A stretch of DNA of 64,000 nucleotides. Source: Polyangiales bacterium. Its GTDB lineage: Bacteria > Myxococcota_A > Polyangia > Polyangiales > Ga0077539. A model generated the notes under the pieces. It did not search any database. It was not told the DNA's origin and worked only from the letters and a program-made list of their open reading frames with translations. This document shows positions 42,844 through 52,757 of the stretch, piece after piece. The DNA lies in assembly GCA_046351535.1 (NCBI GenBank), contig JAXLYG010000005.1:357334-421333 (forward strand), written 5' to 3'. Both the position numbers and the translations under genes were made by a program. Numbering within the stretch: position 1 is the first letter of the stretch; every line of letters starts with the position of its first letter.

Positions 42844-45357
42844 TTGTGGCAGACTCGGCGCCCTCCAATGCGCGCCTACCGCGTCTTCGCCGCCTCGCTC
42901 CTCGCCCTCGGTTGCACCTCGAACCCCTCGGCGCCGTCGCCCGACGCGTTCGATGACGACGCCGTCGAAGACGCGCCGAAGGTCGACGCGCCCGCCTCCG
43001 ACACGCCCCTCTCCGACGTGATCGATGCGCCCTCGATGGACGCGCTCGACGTGCCTCGCGTCGACGCGCCCCCGGTCGATGGTGGCGGCGACGCGCCCGC
43101 CGATGGGACCGTCGACGTGCGCACCGACGCGCCTTCGATGGACGCGCCCGACGTCGCGCCCGACGTCGCGCTCGACACGCCCGCGCTCGACGCGTCCGCG
43201 CTCGACACGCCCGCCGCCGACGCGCCCGCGGAGCTGCGGTGTCCGACGACGTTCCGGTACGTTCCGCCCGCGGGGCGCGCGGTGTCTCGCGTCGAGGTGA
43301 CGGGCGAGTGGAGCATGTGGTCGAACCCCGGCGCCGCGATGCGCGCCGACGGACGCGGCGGCTACACCGTCGACCTCTCGCTCGCGCCGGGCCTCCACGC
43401 GTACAAGCTCCTCATCGACGGCAACTGGGAGCTCGACCCCGACGCCGCGCGACGAAAGTACGTCGGCGGCCTCGAGAACTCGGGCGTGCTCGTGCGCGAC
43501 TGCCGCCCGCCGAGGCTCGCGCTCGTCTCGGGCGCCGCCTCGCGCGCCTCGATGGGCAACGGCGCGTATCGCGCGGAGGTCTCGATCACGCCGGGCGTCG
43601 ATGCGGTCGCGGTCGATCCTGCGACGGTGCGCGCGACGCTCCGTCACGATGCGAGCTCGCGCGCGCTCACGGGCGTGACCTTCGACGCCGCGACGGGGCG
43701 CGCCACGCTCGAAGCGACGGGCCTCGCCGACGGCAAGTACACCGTGACCGTCACCGCGTCGGATCGCATGGGACGCGCCGCGGAGCCGCTGCGCCTCGTG
43801 TTCTGGGTCGAGGCCGAGGCCTTCACCTGGCAGGGCGCGACGATCTACATGGCGATGATCGACCGCTTCGCCGACGGAGACCGCACGAACAACCCCGCGC
43901 GGACCTCGGGCGTCGACGCGCGGGCCGACTATCAGGGCGGAGACTTTCAGGGCCTCCGCGCGCGCATCGCCGACGGGACGCTCGATCGCCTCGGCGTGCG
44001 CGCGATCTGGGTCGCGCCGGTGAACCGCAACGCCGACGGCGCGTACCTCGCGTCTGACGGCGTGCACCGCGTGATGGGCTACCACGGGTACTGGCCCATC
44101 CGAGCGCGCGAGGTCGAGCCGCGGCTCGGCGGACCCGACGCGCTCGCGGCGATGATCACCGAGGCTCATGCGCACGGGATCCGCGTGCTGCAGGACTTCG
44201 TGGTGAACCACGTCCACCGCGACCACGAGTATTTCCGCGACCACCCCGACTGGTTCCGTACGGGCTGCGTGTGCGGCACGGGGGGCTGCGACTGGACGGC
44301 GCGGCGCCTCGACTGCCTCTTCACCGACTACCTCCCCGACGTGAACTGGTCGGTGCCCGCGGTCTCCGAGCAGCTCGCGTCGGACGCGTCGTTCTGGATC
44401 GACCGCTTCGACTTCGACGGCCTCCGCGTCGACGCCGTGAAGCACGTCGAGGACATCGCCGTGTACAACCTCCGCGCGCGGCTCCACGACGACTTCGAAG
44501 CGACCGGGGCGCGCGTCTTTCTCACGGGCGAGACCGCGATGGGCTGGAGCGACTGCGGCGTCGCCTGCAACCGCGGCGAGTACGACACCATCTCGCGCTA
44601 CATCGGCCCCCGCGCGCTCGACGGCCAGGCGGACTTCGTCCTCTATCACGCCGTGCCCTACCGGGCTTTCTCCTCGGACGCGCGCGGCATGCTCCACGTC
44701 GACTACTGGACGCAGCAGAGCCAGCTCCAATACCCCGCGGGTTCGGTGATGACGCCCTACGTGGGCAGCCACGACACCGCGCGCTTCACCACGCTCGCGA
44801 CCTACCGCGGACAGGGCCCCGGCCTCGACCCGGGCATCCCCGGACGTCAGTGGGACGGCGTCGCCGAGGCGCCCACGACGAGCGATCCCTACGCGCGTCA
44901 TCGCCTCGCGATGAGCTGGGTGCTCACGATCCCCGGCGCGCCGCTGCTCTACTACGGTGACGAGTACGGCGAGTGGGGCGGGGCCGATCCCAACAACCGG
45001 CGCATGTGGCGCGACCCCGCGGCGCTGTCGGCCAACGAGTCCGCGACGCTCACGCAGATCCGCGCGCTCGGCGCCGCGCGCAGGGAGCTCGTCGCGCTGC
45101 GCAGGGGCAACTACGTCTCCCTCGACGCCACGGAGGAGACGCTCGTGTTCGCGCGCGTCTTCGAAGGCCGCGCCGCCCTCGTGGGGCTCTCGCGCGCGTC
45201 GGCGCCGAGGACGGTGACCGTGCGACTGCCGGGAGGATTTCCCCTCGCGGACGGGGCGACGCTGCGGGACCGGCTCGGCGGCGCGAGCGTGCGCGTGATG
45301 GGCAACGCGGTCACCGTCACGCTCGGCGCGTGGGGCGCGGCGGTGCTCGCGGAGTGA
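42844..45357 (+). CDS. Secreted alpha-amylase family (GH13) lipoprotein with N-terminal E-set/CBM48-like domain
   Basis: Lipobox LLALGCTS. D/P/A-rich linker. CBM48-like VEVTGEWSMW...YKLLIDGNW. GH13 regions GIRVLQDFVVNH, GLRVDAVKHV, GETAMGW, GSHDTARF. Confidence 0.85.
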   Translation: MWQTRRPPMRAYRVFAASLLALGCTSNPSAPSPDAFDDDAVEDAPKVDAPASDTPLSDVIDAPSMDALDVPRVDAPPVDGGGDAPADGTVDVRTDAPSMDAPDVAPDVALDTPALDASALDTPAADAPAELRCPTTFRYVPPAGRAVSRVEVTGEWSMWSNPGAAMRADGRGGYTVDLSLAPGLHAYKLLIDGNWELDPDAARRKYVGGLENSGVLVRDCRPPRLALVSGAASRASMGNGAYRAEVSITPGVDAVAVDPATVRATLRHDASSRALTGVTFDAATGRATLEATGLADGKYTVTVTASDRMGRAAEPLRLVFWVEAEAFTWQGATIYMAMIDRFADGDRTNNPARTSGVDARADYQGGDFQGLRARIADGTLDRLGVRAIWVAPVNRNADGAYLASDGVHRVMGYHGYWPIRAREVEPRLGGPDALAAMITEAHAHGIRVLQDFVVNHVHRDHEYFRDHPDWFRTGCVCGTGGCDWTARRLDCLFTDYLPDVNWSVPAVSEQLASDASFWIDRFDFDGLRVDAVKHVEDIAVYNLRARLHDDFEATGARVFLTGETAMGWSDCGVACNRGEYDTISRYIGPRALDGQADFVLYHAVPYRAFSSDARGMLHVDYWTQQSQLQYPAGSVMTPYVGSHDTARFTTLATYRGQGPGLDPGIPGRQWDGVAEAPTTSDPYARHRLAMSWVLTIPGAPLLYYGDEYGEWGGADPNNRRMWRDPAALSANESATLTQIRALGAARRELVALRRGNYVSLDATEETLVFARVFEGRAALVGLSRASAPRTVTVRLPGGFPLADGATLRDRLGGASVRVMGNAVTVTLGAWGAAVLAE

Positions 45358-45363
45358 AGAGAC

Positions 45364-48300
45364 TCAGTGGTGCGCAGGCGTCGGGTGGAGCCCGTGACGG
45401 ATCTCCGCCGCGTCGACCCGGAGGCTCGACGGGAGCTCGTCGTCCTCCGTCGGCACCACGACTTCGAAGGTGATGAGCGAGCCCGAGAAGACCGCCGCGA
45501 TGTGCGTCGCGTCGACGAAGGCCACGGCGCGCACGTCGTGACGAGGCAGGGCCGTGCCCGGCGCGTTGAGGAGGTACGGCGCGCGACGCACGCGCGTGAA
45601 GAGCCACAGGTCGTCGCCGTGCGCGAAGAGGGTCATCGCGCCGTCGGGTGACACCGCGACGCCCGGAGGCGCAGCGCCGCCACGCCAGGGGAGCGCCTGC
45701 GCGCGGTGATCGGCGCGTCCGCACGAGAGGGGGAGGGTGGTCTCCCAGAGGCTCCCGCCGCGCGCGAAGACGAGGTGAACGGGCTCCGCGGGGACGCCGC
45801 CGTCGAGCAGCACGTCGCCGTGCGGATGGAGCCACAGCGGCCTCGGCGGCGACGGGTCGAGCGGCGACGTGTGCGTCTCGCATCCCGGCAACGGATCGTC
45901 GGAGCGCGGCACCACCACGGAGCACCGGTGCCCGTCGCGTTCGAAGCGCAGGCGATCGAACTGACACCCGCGCGCCATGTCGACGACGCGCACGGGGCCG
46001 AGCGCGAGGGGGTCGGTCCACGTGGGGGCGGGGCGGTCGCCGCGACCGACGACGCGCGCCGCGCCCAGCTCGACGGCGATGGCGACGCCGCGGTGATTGC
46101 CCGCCGGCGTGGTGGATTGAACGTTTACCTGGAGCGCCCCCGTGAAGCTCTGCCCGAGCGTGGTGTCGAGCGAGCCGACCTCGGTGGCGCAGCCCGAGTA
46201 CGGGTGCGCGGTGATCGCGCGCCACACGAGCGGCGTGAGCGAGGGCTCCTCGATCGCGAAGGAGGCCGCGCGCGTGGGGGCGCCGTTCGAGAAGCGCGCG
46301 CAGTGATGCACGATGGCGCCCGCGCGACGGTCGAGGCCGAGGCCCGTGAAGACGTCGAGCACGTCGACGGTGTCGGTGACGAGGGGGCCGTCGTCGGCGT
46401 CGAGGATCGTGCGCACGATGAGCCCGGGGCCGAACTCCGAGAACTCGAAGGTCGAGATGCGCGCGTGCGGCGACGAGGCCGACGAGAGCCACACGCGGCG
46501 CGTACCGAGGAGGCGTCCGTCGGTGGGCGGGGCGACGTCGACGGGGACGCCCGCGTCGCCGCGCGCGGCCTCGTTGTCACCCGAGAAGAGCGCGACGAAG
46601 CCCGCGACGAGGGAGCCGTTGGCGCCGTCTCCGACCACGTCGTCGTGGGCCGCGGTGGGGCAAGGGTGGTCCGAGGCGACGGCGCGGCAGGGCGTGTGTC
46701 CGTAGGCGTACTCGATCGCGACGATGGGGTCGGGGAGGCCGTCGTCGTCGAAATCCGGCGGGTCATCCCAGCGCCCGAGCGAGCGCGCGCCGCCGAAGGT
46801 CACGCGCGGGAGCCGACGCCACGCGCCGGGCGTCGCATGCCGTGGCGCGGGGGGAGGCGTCACCGCGTTCGCCGTCGCGGCGACAGGCGCGACAGCCGCC
46901 GCGCGACGTTGCTGCTCGGCGATGCGCTGCTGCTCCGCGAGCCGCGCCTGCTCCGCGCGCTGTGCTGCGATGCGCTGCTGCTCCGCGACACGTGCCTGCT
47001 CGGCGCGCTGCGCTGCGATGCGCTGCTGCTCCGCGACGCGTGCCTGCTCCGCGCGTTGCGCTGCGATGCGCTGCTGCTCCGCGACGCGTGCCTGTTCGGC
47101 GCGCTGCGCTGCGATGCGTGCCTGTTCCGCCAGTCGGGCCTGCGCCGCGCGCTCCGCGGCGATCCGTTGTTGCGCTGCGAGACGGGCCTGCTCCGCGCGC
47201 TCTGCGGCGATGCGTGCCTGCTCGGCGCGTTGCTGCTCGGCCGCGCGTCGTTCCTCCGCCGCGCGCTGGTCTGCGAGGCGCCGCTGCTCGGCCGCGCGCT
47301 GCTGCGCTGCGAGGCGTTGCTGTTCGAGGCGTTGCTGCTCCGCGAGTCGCTGTTCGGCGCGCTGCTGCTCTGCGCGCTGCTGCTCGGCGAGGCGTTGCTG
47401 CGCGGCGCGCTGTTGCTCCGCGAGGCGCTGCTCGGCCGCGCGCTGCTGCTCGGCGCGACGCTGCGCCGCGAGGCGCTCCTGGGCCGCCTGCGTCTGCTGT
47501 TCTGCGCGCTGCGCCTCGGCGAGTCGCTGCGCTTCGGCGAGTCGAAGACGCTCCGCGCGCTGCTGCTCGGCGAGCCGCTGGGCCGCGCGTTGTTCTTCGG
47601 CCTGTCGTTGCGCCGCGAGACGCTCGGCCGCCACCCGCTGCGCTTCGGCGAGCCTCTGTCGCTCCGCGGCGCTGCGTTGCTCCGACGCCCTGAGCGCGGC
47701 GCGCTCCTGTTCGGCACGCTGCTCTGCCGCGCGTTGCTGCTCTGCCGCGCGTTGCTGCTCGGCCTGCCTCCGTTGCGCCGCTGCGCGCTCGGCGGCGAGA
47801 CGCTCTCGCGCCGCCCGCTCGGCTGCGAGGCGCTGCTGCTCGGCCTCGCGCTGCGCCGCGACCCGTCGCTGCTCCGCGAGCCGCTCGGCCGCGAGTCTCT
47901 CCTGCTCCGCGCGCTGCGCCGCGGCAACGCGCGCCTGCTCTGCGACGCGTGCTTCTTCTGCGCGTCGTCGCGCCGTCTCACGTTGCGCCGCAGCGGCGCG
48001 CGCCTCCTCCGCGCGTTGTTGCGCGGCGAGTCGCTCCGCTTCCGCGCGTTGCGCCGCGGCGGCGCGCGCCTCTTCCGCACGTTGCCGGGCCGCGAGGCGT
48101 TCCTGCGCGGCGAGTCGCGCCTGCTCCGCGCGCTGCGCGTCGATGCGTTGCTGCGCGGCGGCCCGCTCGGCGGCGACGCGTTCGGCTTCTGTGCGTCGAA
48201 GCGCCTCAGCCGCCCGTTGCGCTTCGGCCCGTTCGGCTGCGACGCGTTCGGCCTCTGCGCGTCGAAGCGCCTCGGGCGACGGCGTCGCCGCGGCGTCGGC

Positions 48301-48681
48301 CTCGGGCGTCGCGACCACGGGTTCGGGCGCTGCGCCGTCCGCGGGCGCAGACGCGTCCGCGGGCTGCGCGAGGAGCGCCGCGAGGTCGATGGAGATCGCG
48401 ACGTTGAGCCCTCCGCCGTCGGCCGGTCGCGCAGTGTTTTCGACGGGCCGCGCGGGCGCGACGGGCTCGCCGGGCGCGGCGTCGGCGAGCTGCGCCCGCT
48501 GCGCGGCGAGCACGCGGAGGTACGCCTGCTCGGCCTCGTCGCCGTCGACGCTCGCGTCCGACGCGGTGAGCGAGATCCCGATCGCGACCGAGGGGACGCT
48601 CGGGACGTCTTCGACAGCGCGGTCTTTTCCGCACGCCATCGCGAGAGTGAAGGCTGCGAGTGTGGCGGGGAGCGGACGCAT
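45364..48681 (-). CDS. Lipoprotein with about 550-aa Ala/Gln/Arg/Glu coiled-coil region (16-aa repeats) and a ~450-aa C-terminal globular domain
   Basis: Lipobox FTLAMACGK. IAAQRAEQARVAEQQR x4 is encoded by 48-bp tandem repeats. The sense-strand ORF over the same region is nonsense. Confidence 0.6.
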   Translation of the reverse strand: MRPLPATLAAFTLAMACGKDRAVEDVPSVPSVAIGISLTASDASVDGDEAEQAYLRVLAAQRAQLADAAPGEPVAPARPVENTARPADGGGLNVAISIDLAALLAQPADASAPADGAAPEPVVATPEADAAATPSPEALRRAEAERVAAERAEAQRAAEALRRTEAERVAAERAAAQQRIDAQRAEQARLAAQERLAARQRAEEARAAAAQRAEAERLAAQQRAEEARAAAAQRETARRRAEEARVAEQARVAAAQRAEQERLAAERLAEQRRVAAQREAEQQRLAAERAARERLAAERAAAQRRQAEQQRAAEQQRAAEQRAEQERAALRASEQRSAAERQRLAEAQRVAAERLAAQRQAEEQRAAQRLAEQQRAERLRLAEAQRLAEAQRAEQQTQAAQERLAAQRRAEQQRAAEQRLAEQQRAAQQRLAEQQRAEQQRAEQRLAEQQRLEQQRLAAQQRAAEQRRLADQRAAEERRAAEQQRAEQARIAAERAEQARLAAQQRIAAERAAQARLAEQARIAAQRAEQARVAEQQRIAAQRAEQARVAEQQRIAAQRAEQARVAEQQRIAAQRAEQARLAEQQRIAEQQRRAAAVAPVAATANAVTPPPAPRHATPGAWRRLPRVTFGGARSLGRWDDPPDFDDDGLPDPIVAIEYAYGHTPCRAVASDHPCPTAAHDDVVGDGANGSLVAGFVALFSGDNEAARGDAGVPVDVAPPTDGRLLGTRRVWLSSASSPHARISTFEFSEFGPGLIVRTILDADDGPLVTDTVDVLDVFTGLGLDRRAGAIVHHCARFSNGAPTRAASFAIEEPSLTPLVWRAITAHPYSGCATEVGSLDTTLGQSFTGALQVNVQSTTPAGNHRGVAIAVELGAARVVGRGDRPAPTWTDPLALGPVRVVDMARGCQFDRLRFERDGHRCSVVVPRSDDPLPGCETHTSPLDPSPPRPLWLHPHGDVLLDGGVPAEPVHLVFARGGSLWETTLPLSCGRADHRAQALPWRGGAAPPGVAVSPDGAMTLFAHGDDLWLFTRVRRAPYLLNAPGTALPRHDVRAVAFVDATHIAAVFSGSLITFEVVVPTEDDELPSSLRVDAAEIRHGLHPTPAHH
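46950..47150 (-). repeat. 48-bp tandem repeat x~4.5 inside the coiled-coil lipoprotein CDS
   Basis: gcgatgcgctgctgctccgcgacgcgtgcctgctcggcgcgctgcgct repeated head-to-tail with a few substitutions. Confidence 0.7.
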
Positions 48682-48754
48682 CGACGGCTTCGACAGGGGA
48701 CGCCGATGGTTTCACGAAGACCCCTCGGTGACCAAATACCCTGCCGTCGCGCTC

Positions 48755-49546
48755 CTATCCCCCGGCGCTCGTGTACTTCGAGATGCTGCGCGTCCAGACG
48801 ACGCGCGAGGTCGCGACGAAGACCGTCGCGAGGCCGAGGGCGCCGAGGCCGTGCGCGAGGTCGAGGCGACCGAGCACCGCGAGCGCGGGATAGGTGGTCA
48901 TCACCGAGAGGGGGATGATCAGGGTGAAGATCCACGAGAGCGCGCCGCGCCACACCGACGAGGGCCAGCGCGCGGCGTCGAAGGTGCTCCCCAGGAGGAA
49001 CACCAGGTTGTCGACCTTCACGGTCACGAAGGCGAGCGCCACCACGATGATCCAGAGCGAGTGCAGGATCGCCACCGAGGCCACGAGCACGAGCCCCGCG
49101 GTCACGCACTCCCAGAGCGACGGCGCGCGGTCGAGCCCGTGCGCGGCGTAGGCGAGCAGCGCGGCGCCGCCCACGACGTCCGTCGCGCGCCACGGCTCGA
49201 GCTTCGTCGTGCTCACGAGGAACTCCGCGTCGGCGGGCTTGAGCAGCACGAAGTCGAGCGTTCCCTTGCGAAGGTGCGCGACGGTGTTGGTCACCGACGG
49301 CTCGATGGCGCCCTGGATCACGCCCTTGAGCGCGGTGAAGAAGCCCACCACGAGGAGCGCCTCGGCGCGCGACCACCCCCCGAGCGTGCGGTGGCGGTCG
49401 TAGAGCACCATGAGCGGCGTCACGGCGGTGGCCGTCCAGAACACGCTGATGACCGCGCCGAGCATGAAGTCGACGCGGTACTGCGCGGCCTGCGACACCG
49501 AGGTCCGCAACTGCACCGCGAGGAGCCGGAGGTAGCGCATCGGCAT
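48755..49546 (-). CDS. ABC-2 family transporter permease
   Basis: Six-TM ABC-2 permease pattern. ATG overlaps the upstream permease stop by 1 nt (ATGA). Confidence 0.75.
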   Translation of the reverse strand: MPMRYLRLLAVQLRTSVSQAAQYRVDFMLGAVISVFWTATAVTPLMVLYDRHRTLGGWSRAEALLVVGFFTALKGVIQGAIEPSVTNTVAHLRKGTLDFVLLKPADAEFLVSTTKLEPWRATDVVGGAALLAYAAHGLDRAPSLWECVTAGLVLVASVAILHSLWIIVVALAFVTVKVDNLVFLLGSTFDAARWPSSVWRGALSWIFTLIIPLSVMTTYPALAVLGRLDLAHGLGALGLATVFVATSRVVWTRSISKYTSAGG

Positions 49547-50343
49547 CACCCTCCGAAGGACTCGTAGCGCTTGAGCCCGCGTCGCCAGAGCGTCGTCGCC
49601 GACGCGCTGAACACCGTCGCCCACGCGAGCTGAAGCGCGATGCCGCGCATCGTCTCGCGACGGTCGATGAGGCCCACGATCGACTCGACGGGCAGCGCCA
49701 GCGTCGCGCGCCACGGGAGCCACTGCGCGAGGCGCCGCACCGTCTCGGGGAGCAGCTCCAGCGGGGCGAGGTAGCCCGAGAACACGTAGCCTGCGGCCAT
49801 CCAGAGCTCCCACACCGAGAGGGCCGAGTCGGCGAAGAACGAGAGCGACGCCACCGTGAGCATCGCGCTGTAGAGCACGGCCCACGAGCCCGCGAGCGCG
49901 ATCGGCACGAGGGCCCACTGCACGGGGTCGCGCGAGAGTCCCGCGGGGCCCGCGACCACGTAGAGCGTCGCCGCGATGGGCGTCGCCACCACGAGCCGCA
50001 GGGGCATCTGCGCGAGGTTCTCGGCGGCGTAGTGCGCGAAGGGGTGCAGCGGGCGCATGAGCCGCGTCTGGAGCGAGCCGTCACGGATCGCGAAGGTGAG
50101 CTCCCACACGACCCAGCTCCCCGTGAGAAAGCGCACGAGAAGAACCGTGAGGAAGTACCCCGCGAAGCCGCGACCGTCGAAGCGCCCCACGGGGCCGTCG
50201 GCGGCGACGCGCGTCCACAGCGCGATCATCACGAGCGGCATGTTCGTCGTGAGGATCCACACGAGGAACTCCCCGCGGTACGCGAGCGCCGCCGCCGCGC
50301 CCACGCGCATCACGCTCGCGACCTTGGTCAGCCACGCCCTCAC
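49546..50343 (-). CDS. ABC-2 family transporter permease
   Basis: Polytopic membrane protein paralogous to the next permease. Start overlaps the ATPase stop. Confidence 0.75.
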   Translation of the reverse strand: MRAWLTKVASVMRVGAAAALAYRGEFLVWILTTNMPLVMIALWTRVAADGPVGRFDGRGFAGYFLTVLLVRFLTGSWVVWELTFAIRDGSLQTRLMRPLHPFAHYAAENLAQMPLRLVVATPIAATLYVVAGPAGLSRDPVQWALVPIALAGSWAVLYSAMLTVASLSFFADSALSVWELWMAAGYVFSGYLAPLELLPETVRRLAQWLPWRATLALPVESIVGLIDRRETMRGIALQLAWATVFSASATTLWRRGLKRYESFGG

Positions 50344-51356
50344 GTCGCAGCGCCCTCCGCGGCCTCGCGCTCCGTGCGAGAGCGCGCGAAGAGCTCCGCG
50401 AGCACCTCGTCGAGGGGCGGCTCCTCGACGGCGAGGTCGCTCGTCTCACAGCGCGCGAGGGCCAGCGAGACCACCGCCGAGAGCGCCTCCTGCGGCACCT
50501 GGAGCACCAGCTCCGATTCCGTGACAGATGACACCTTCGCGCCTGCGCGCTCGATGGCCTCGATGGCCTCGGGGCTCGCCGCGGTCGCGAGGCGCATCAG
50601 CACGCGCCGCCCCGGTCGCACGCGCGCCACGAGGGCCTCGCGCGAGCCGTCGTACACGATGCGCCCGTGATCGATCACGAGGATGCGCGGGCAGAGCGCC
50701 GTGACGTCGTCCATCGCGTGCGACGTGAGGATCACCGTGGCCCCGTGGCGCTCGTTGTAGTCCTTCACGAAGCGACGCACGGCCGACTGCATCACCACGT
50801 CGAGGCCCACGGTGGGCTCGTCGAGAAAGAGCACCTTGGGCCGGTGGAGCAGCGCCGCCGCGAGCTCGCACTTCATCCGCTCGCCGAGCGAGAGCTGACG
50901 CACGGGCTTGTCGAGCACGTCGCCGAGGTCGAGCAGTTTCTTCAGTTCGTCGAGCGTGTCGCGGTACGCGCGCTCGGGCACCTCGTAGATGGCGCGGTTG
51001 AGCGCGAAGGTCTCGGCCGCGGGGAGGTCCCACAGGAGCTGCTGCTTCTGCCCCGCGACGAGCGTGATCGTGCGGAGAAAGGCGGGCTCCCTGCGCGCCG
51101 GGTCGTGGCCGTCGACGCGCACCACGCCCGAGGTCGGCGTGAGCAGGCCCGCCATGCACTTGAGCGTCGTGGTCTTGCCCGCGCCGTTGGGGCCGAGAAA
51201 GCCCACGCGCTCACCCGCCGCGAGGTCGAGGTCGATGCCGCCCACGGCGGTCACCGTGCGGTGCTCGCGCTTCACGAGCGCCTTGAGCGCCGCGACGAGC
51301 CCCGGCGGACGCACGGGGACCCGATACTCCTTCACGAGTCCGCGGACCGAGATCAT
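50340..51356 (-). CDS. ABC transporter ATP-binding protein
   Basis: Walker A GPNGAGKTT, signature LSLGERMK, Walker B VLFLDEPT, H-loop. Confidence 0.9.
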   Translation of the reverse strand: MISVRGLVKEYRVPVRPPGLVAALKALVKREHRTVTAVGGIDLDLAAGERVGFLGPNGAGKTTTLKCMAGLLTPTSGVVRVDGHDPARREPAFLRTITLVAGQKQQLLWDLPAAETFALNRAIYEVPERAYRDTLDELKKLLDLGDVLDKPVRQLSLGERMKCELAAALLHRPKVLFLDEPTVGLDVVMQSAVRRFVKDYNERHGATVILTSHAMDDVTALCPRILVIDHGRIVYDGSREALVARVRPGRRVLMRLATAASPEAIEAIERAGAKVSSVTESELVLQVPQEALSAVVSLALARCETSDLAVEEPPLDEVLAELFARSRTEREAAEGAAT

Positions 51357-51398
51357 AGGGGGGATGTTCGTTACCAGCGCGCGCCCGCCGCGTCGACC

Positions 51399-52286
51399 TC
51401 AGTCGCCCTCGGGCGGCGCAGGATCGAAGGTCGCGCCGAGGCCCGAGAGGTCCTTTCGCGTGCGGTCGAGCACCATGCGCCAGAACGTGAGGCTCACCTC
51501 GGGCGCGAGGCGGTCCATGAGCCACAGGGCCTTCCACCAGCGGGGGATCACGATCACGGCCTCGTCGCGCAGCACCGCGTCGAGGGCCTCGCGCGCGAAC
51601 ACGGGCGGGTCGAGGGGACGCAGCCGCTCCCACACCTTCAAGATGTCCGCGTCGCCGAGGCCGAGGTTCGCGCGGCCGTAGCGCCCCCCCGTGAGGATCG
51701 CCGTGCGCACCACGCCGGGGCACAGCGCCGAGACCTTCACCCCGTGGCGCCTCGCCTCGACGCGCAGGCTCTTCGAGAGCCCCACCACGGCGTGCTTCGA
51801 AGCCACGTAGCTCACCTCGCCGGGCGTGGGCATGAGACCCGCGACCGAGGCCGTGTTCACGATGTGCCCCGACCCCCGCGCGACCATCCATCGGTAGACG
51901 GCCTGCACGCCGTTGGTCACGCCGCGGACGTTCACGTCGACGACGTCGTCCCAGTCGGCGGGGGTGTAGCGCGCGACCTCGCCGCCGACGCCGATGCCCG
52001 CGTTGTTGAAGAGGTAGTCGATGCCGCCGGCGCGCCTGCGCACGTCTCTCGCGACCGCGGTGAAGGCCGCGCCGTCGCGCACGTCGAGCTCGACCGCGTG
52101 GGCGCGCGCGCCCTTCGCGGTGAGCTCCGCGGCGGCCTCTTCGGCGAGCGCGCGCTGACGGTCTGCGAGCACGACCTCGCCGCCGCGCGCGCAGAACTCC
52201 GACGCGAGCGCGCGGCCGATGCCCGACGCGCCGCCCGTGATGAGCGCGACCTTGCCCGTGAGTGAGGCTTGTCCCCGTGTGCGCAT
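51399..52286 (-). CDS. SDR-family oxidoreductase
   Basis: VALITGGASGIGRALA, NNAG, YVASKHAV (YxxxK). Confidence 0.85.
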   Translation of the reverse strand: MRTRGQASLTGKVALITGGASGIGRALASEFCARGGEVVLADRQRALAEEAAAELTAKGARAHAVELDVRDGAAFTAVARDVRRRAGGIDYLFNNAGIGVGGEVARYTPADWDDVVDVNVRGVTNGVQAVYRWMVARGSGHIVNTASVAGLMPTPGEVSYVASKHAVVGLSKSLRVEARRHGVKVSALCPGVVRTAILTGGRYGRANLGLGDADILKVWERLRPLDPPVFAREALDAVLRDEAVIVIPRWWKALWLMDRLAPEVSLTFWRMVLDRTRKDLSGLGATFDPAPPEGD

Positions 52287-52333
52287 CGCGCGAGCGTATC
52301 ACCGGGGCGCGCGGTGACGGTATCGTCGCGCCG

Positions 52334-52627
52334 ATGTCCGACGCCCGATGGACCGTGTACCTCCTGCGATGCGCCGACGGATCGCTCTACGCGGGGATCA
52401 CCAACGACCTCGCCGCGCGCCTCGACGCGCACAACAAGGGACGCGGCGCGAAGTACACCCGCGCGAGGCTCCCCGTGGTCGTCGCGTGGAGCCGCGGGCG
52501 GCAGCACCCCACCGACGCGCGACGGCTCGAGCGCGCGATCAAGTCGCTCACCCGCGCGGAGAAGCTCCGGCTCACCGACGGAGACGAGGCCCTCTGGCGG
52601 AGGCTCCGACGCGCGACCCTCGGGTGA
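52334..52627 (+). CDS. GIY-YIG nuclease family protein (small UPF0213-type)
   Basis: WTVYLLRCADGSLYAGITNDLAARLDAHNKG is a GIY-YIG core (Y...Y, R, E, N). About 97 aa. Confidence 0.8.
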   Translation: MSDARWTVYLLRCADGSLYAGITNDLAARLDAHNKGRGAKYTRARLPVVVAWSRGRQHPTDARRLERAIKSLTRAEKLRLTDGDEALWRRLRRATLG

Positions 52628-52757
52628 TTCCGGCGCGCCGTCGAGGGCGCCTCGGGGGCGCCACTATCGGCTTGACCGGGTGGGCCCTCCTCGCGTCCCA
52701 TTCCCATGGGGGACGAGCGGGCATGTCACGCGTCCCACGTCAGGGAGGCGACCACCC

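Noticed and set aside
45706-49567. Two ~1000-aa plus-strand ORFs (45706..48918 and 46724..49567) over the coiled-coil lipoprotein and ABC-2 permease genes
   Set aside because: They translate the 48-bp repeats into Cys/Leu/Arg nonsense (RDACLLRALRCDALLL...). The minus strand gives a coherent lipoprotein and permeases.
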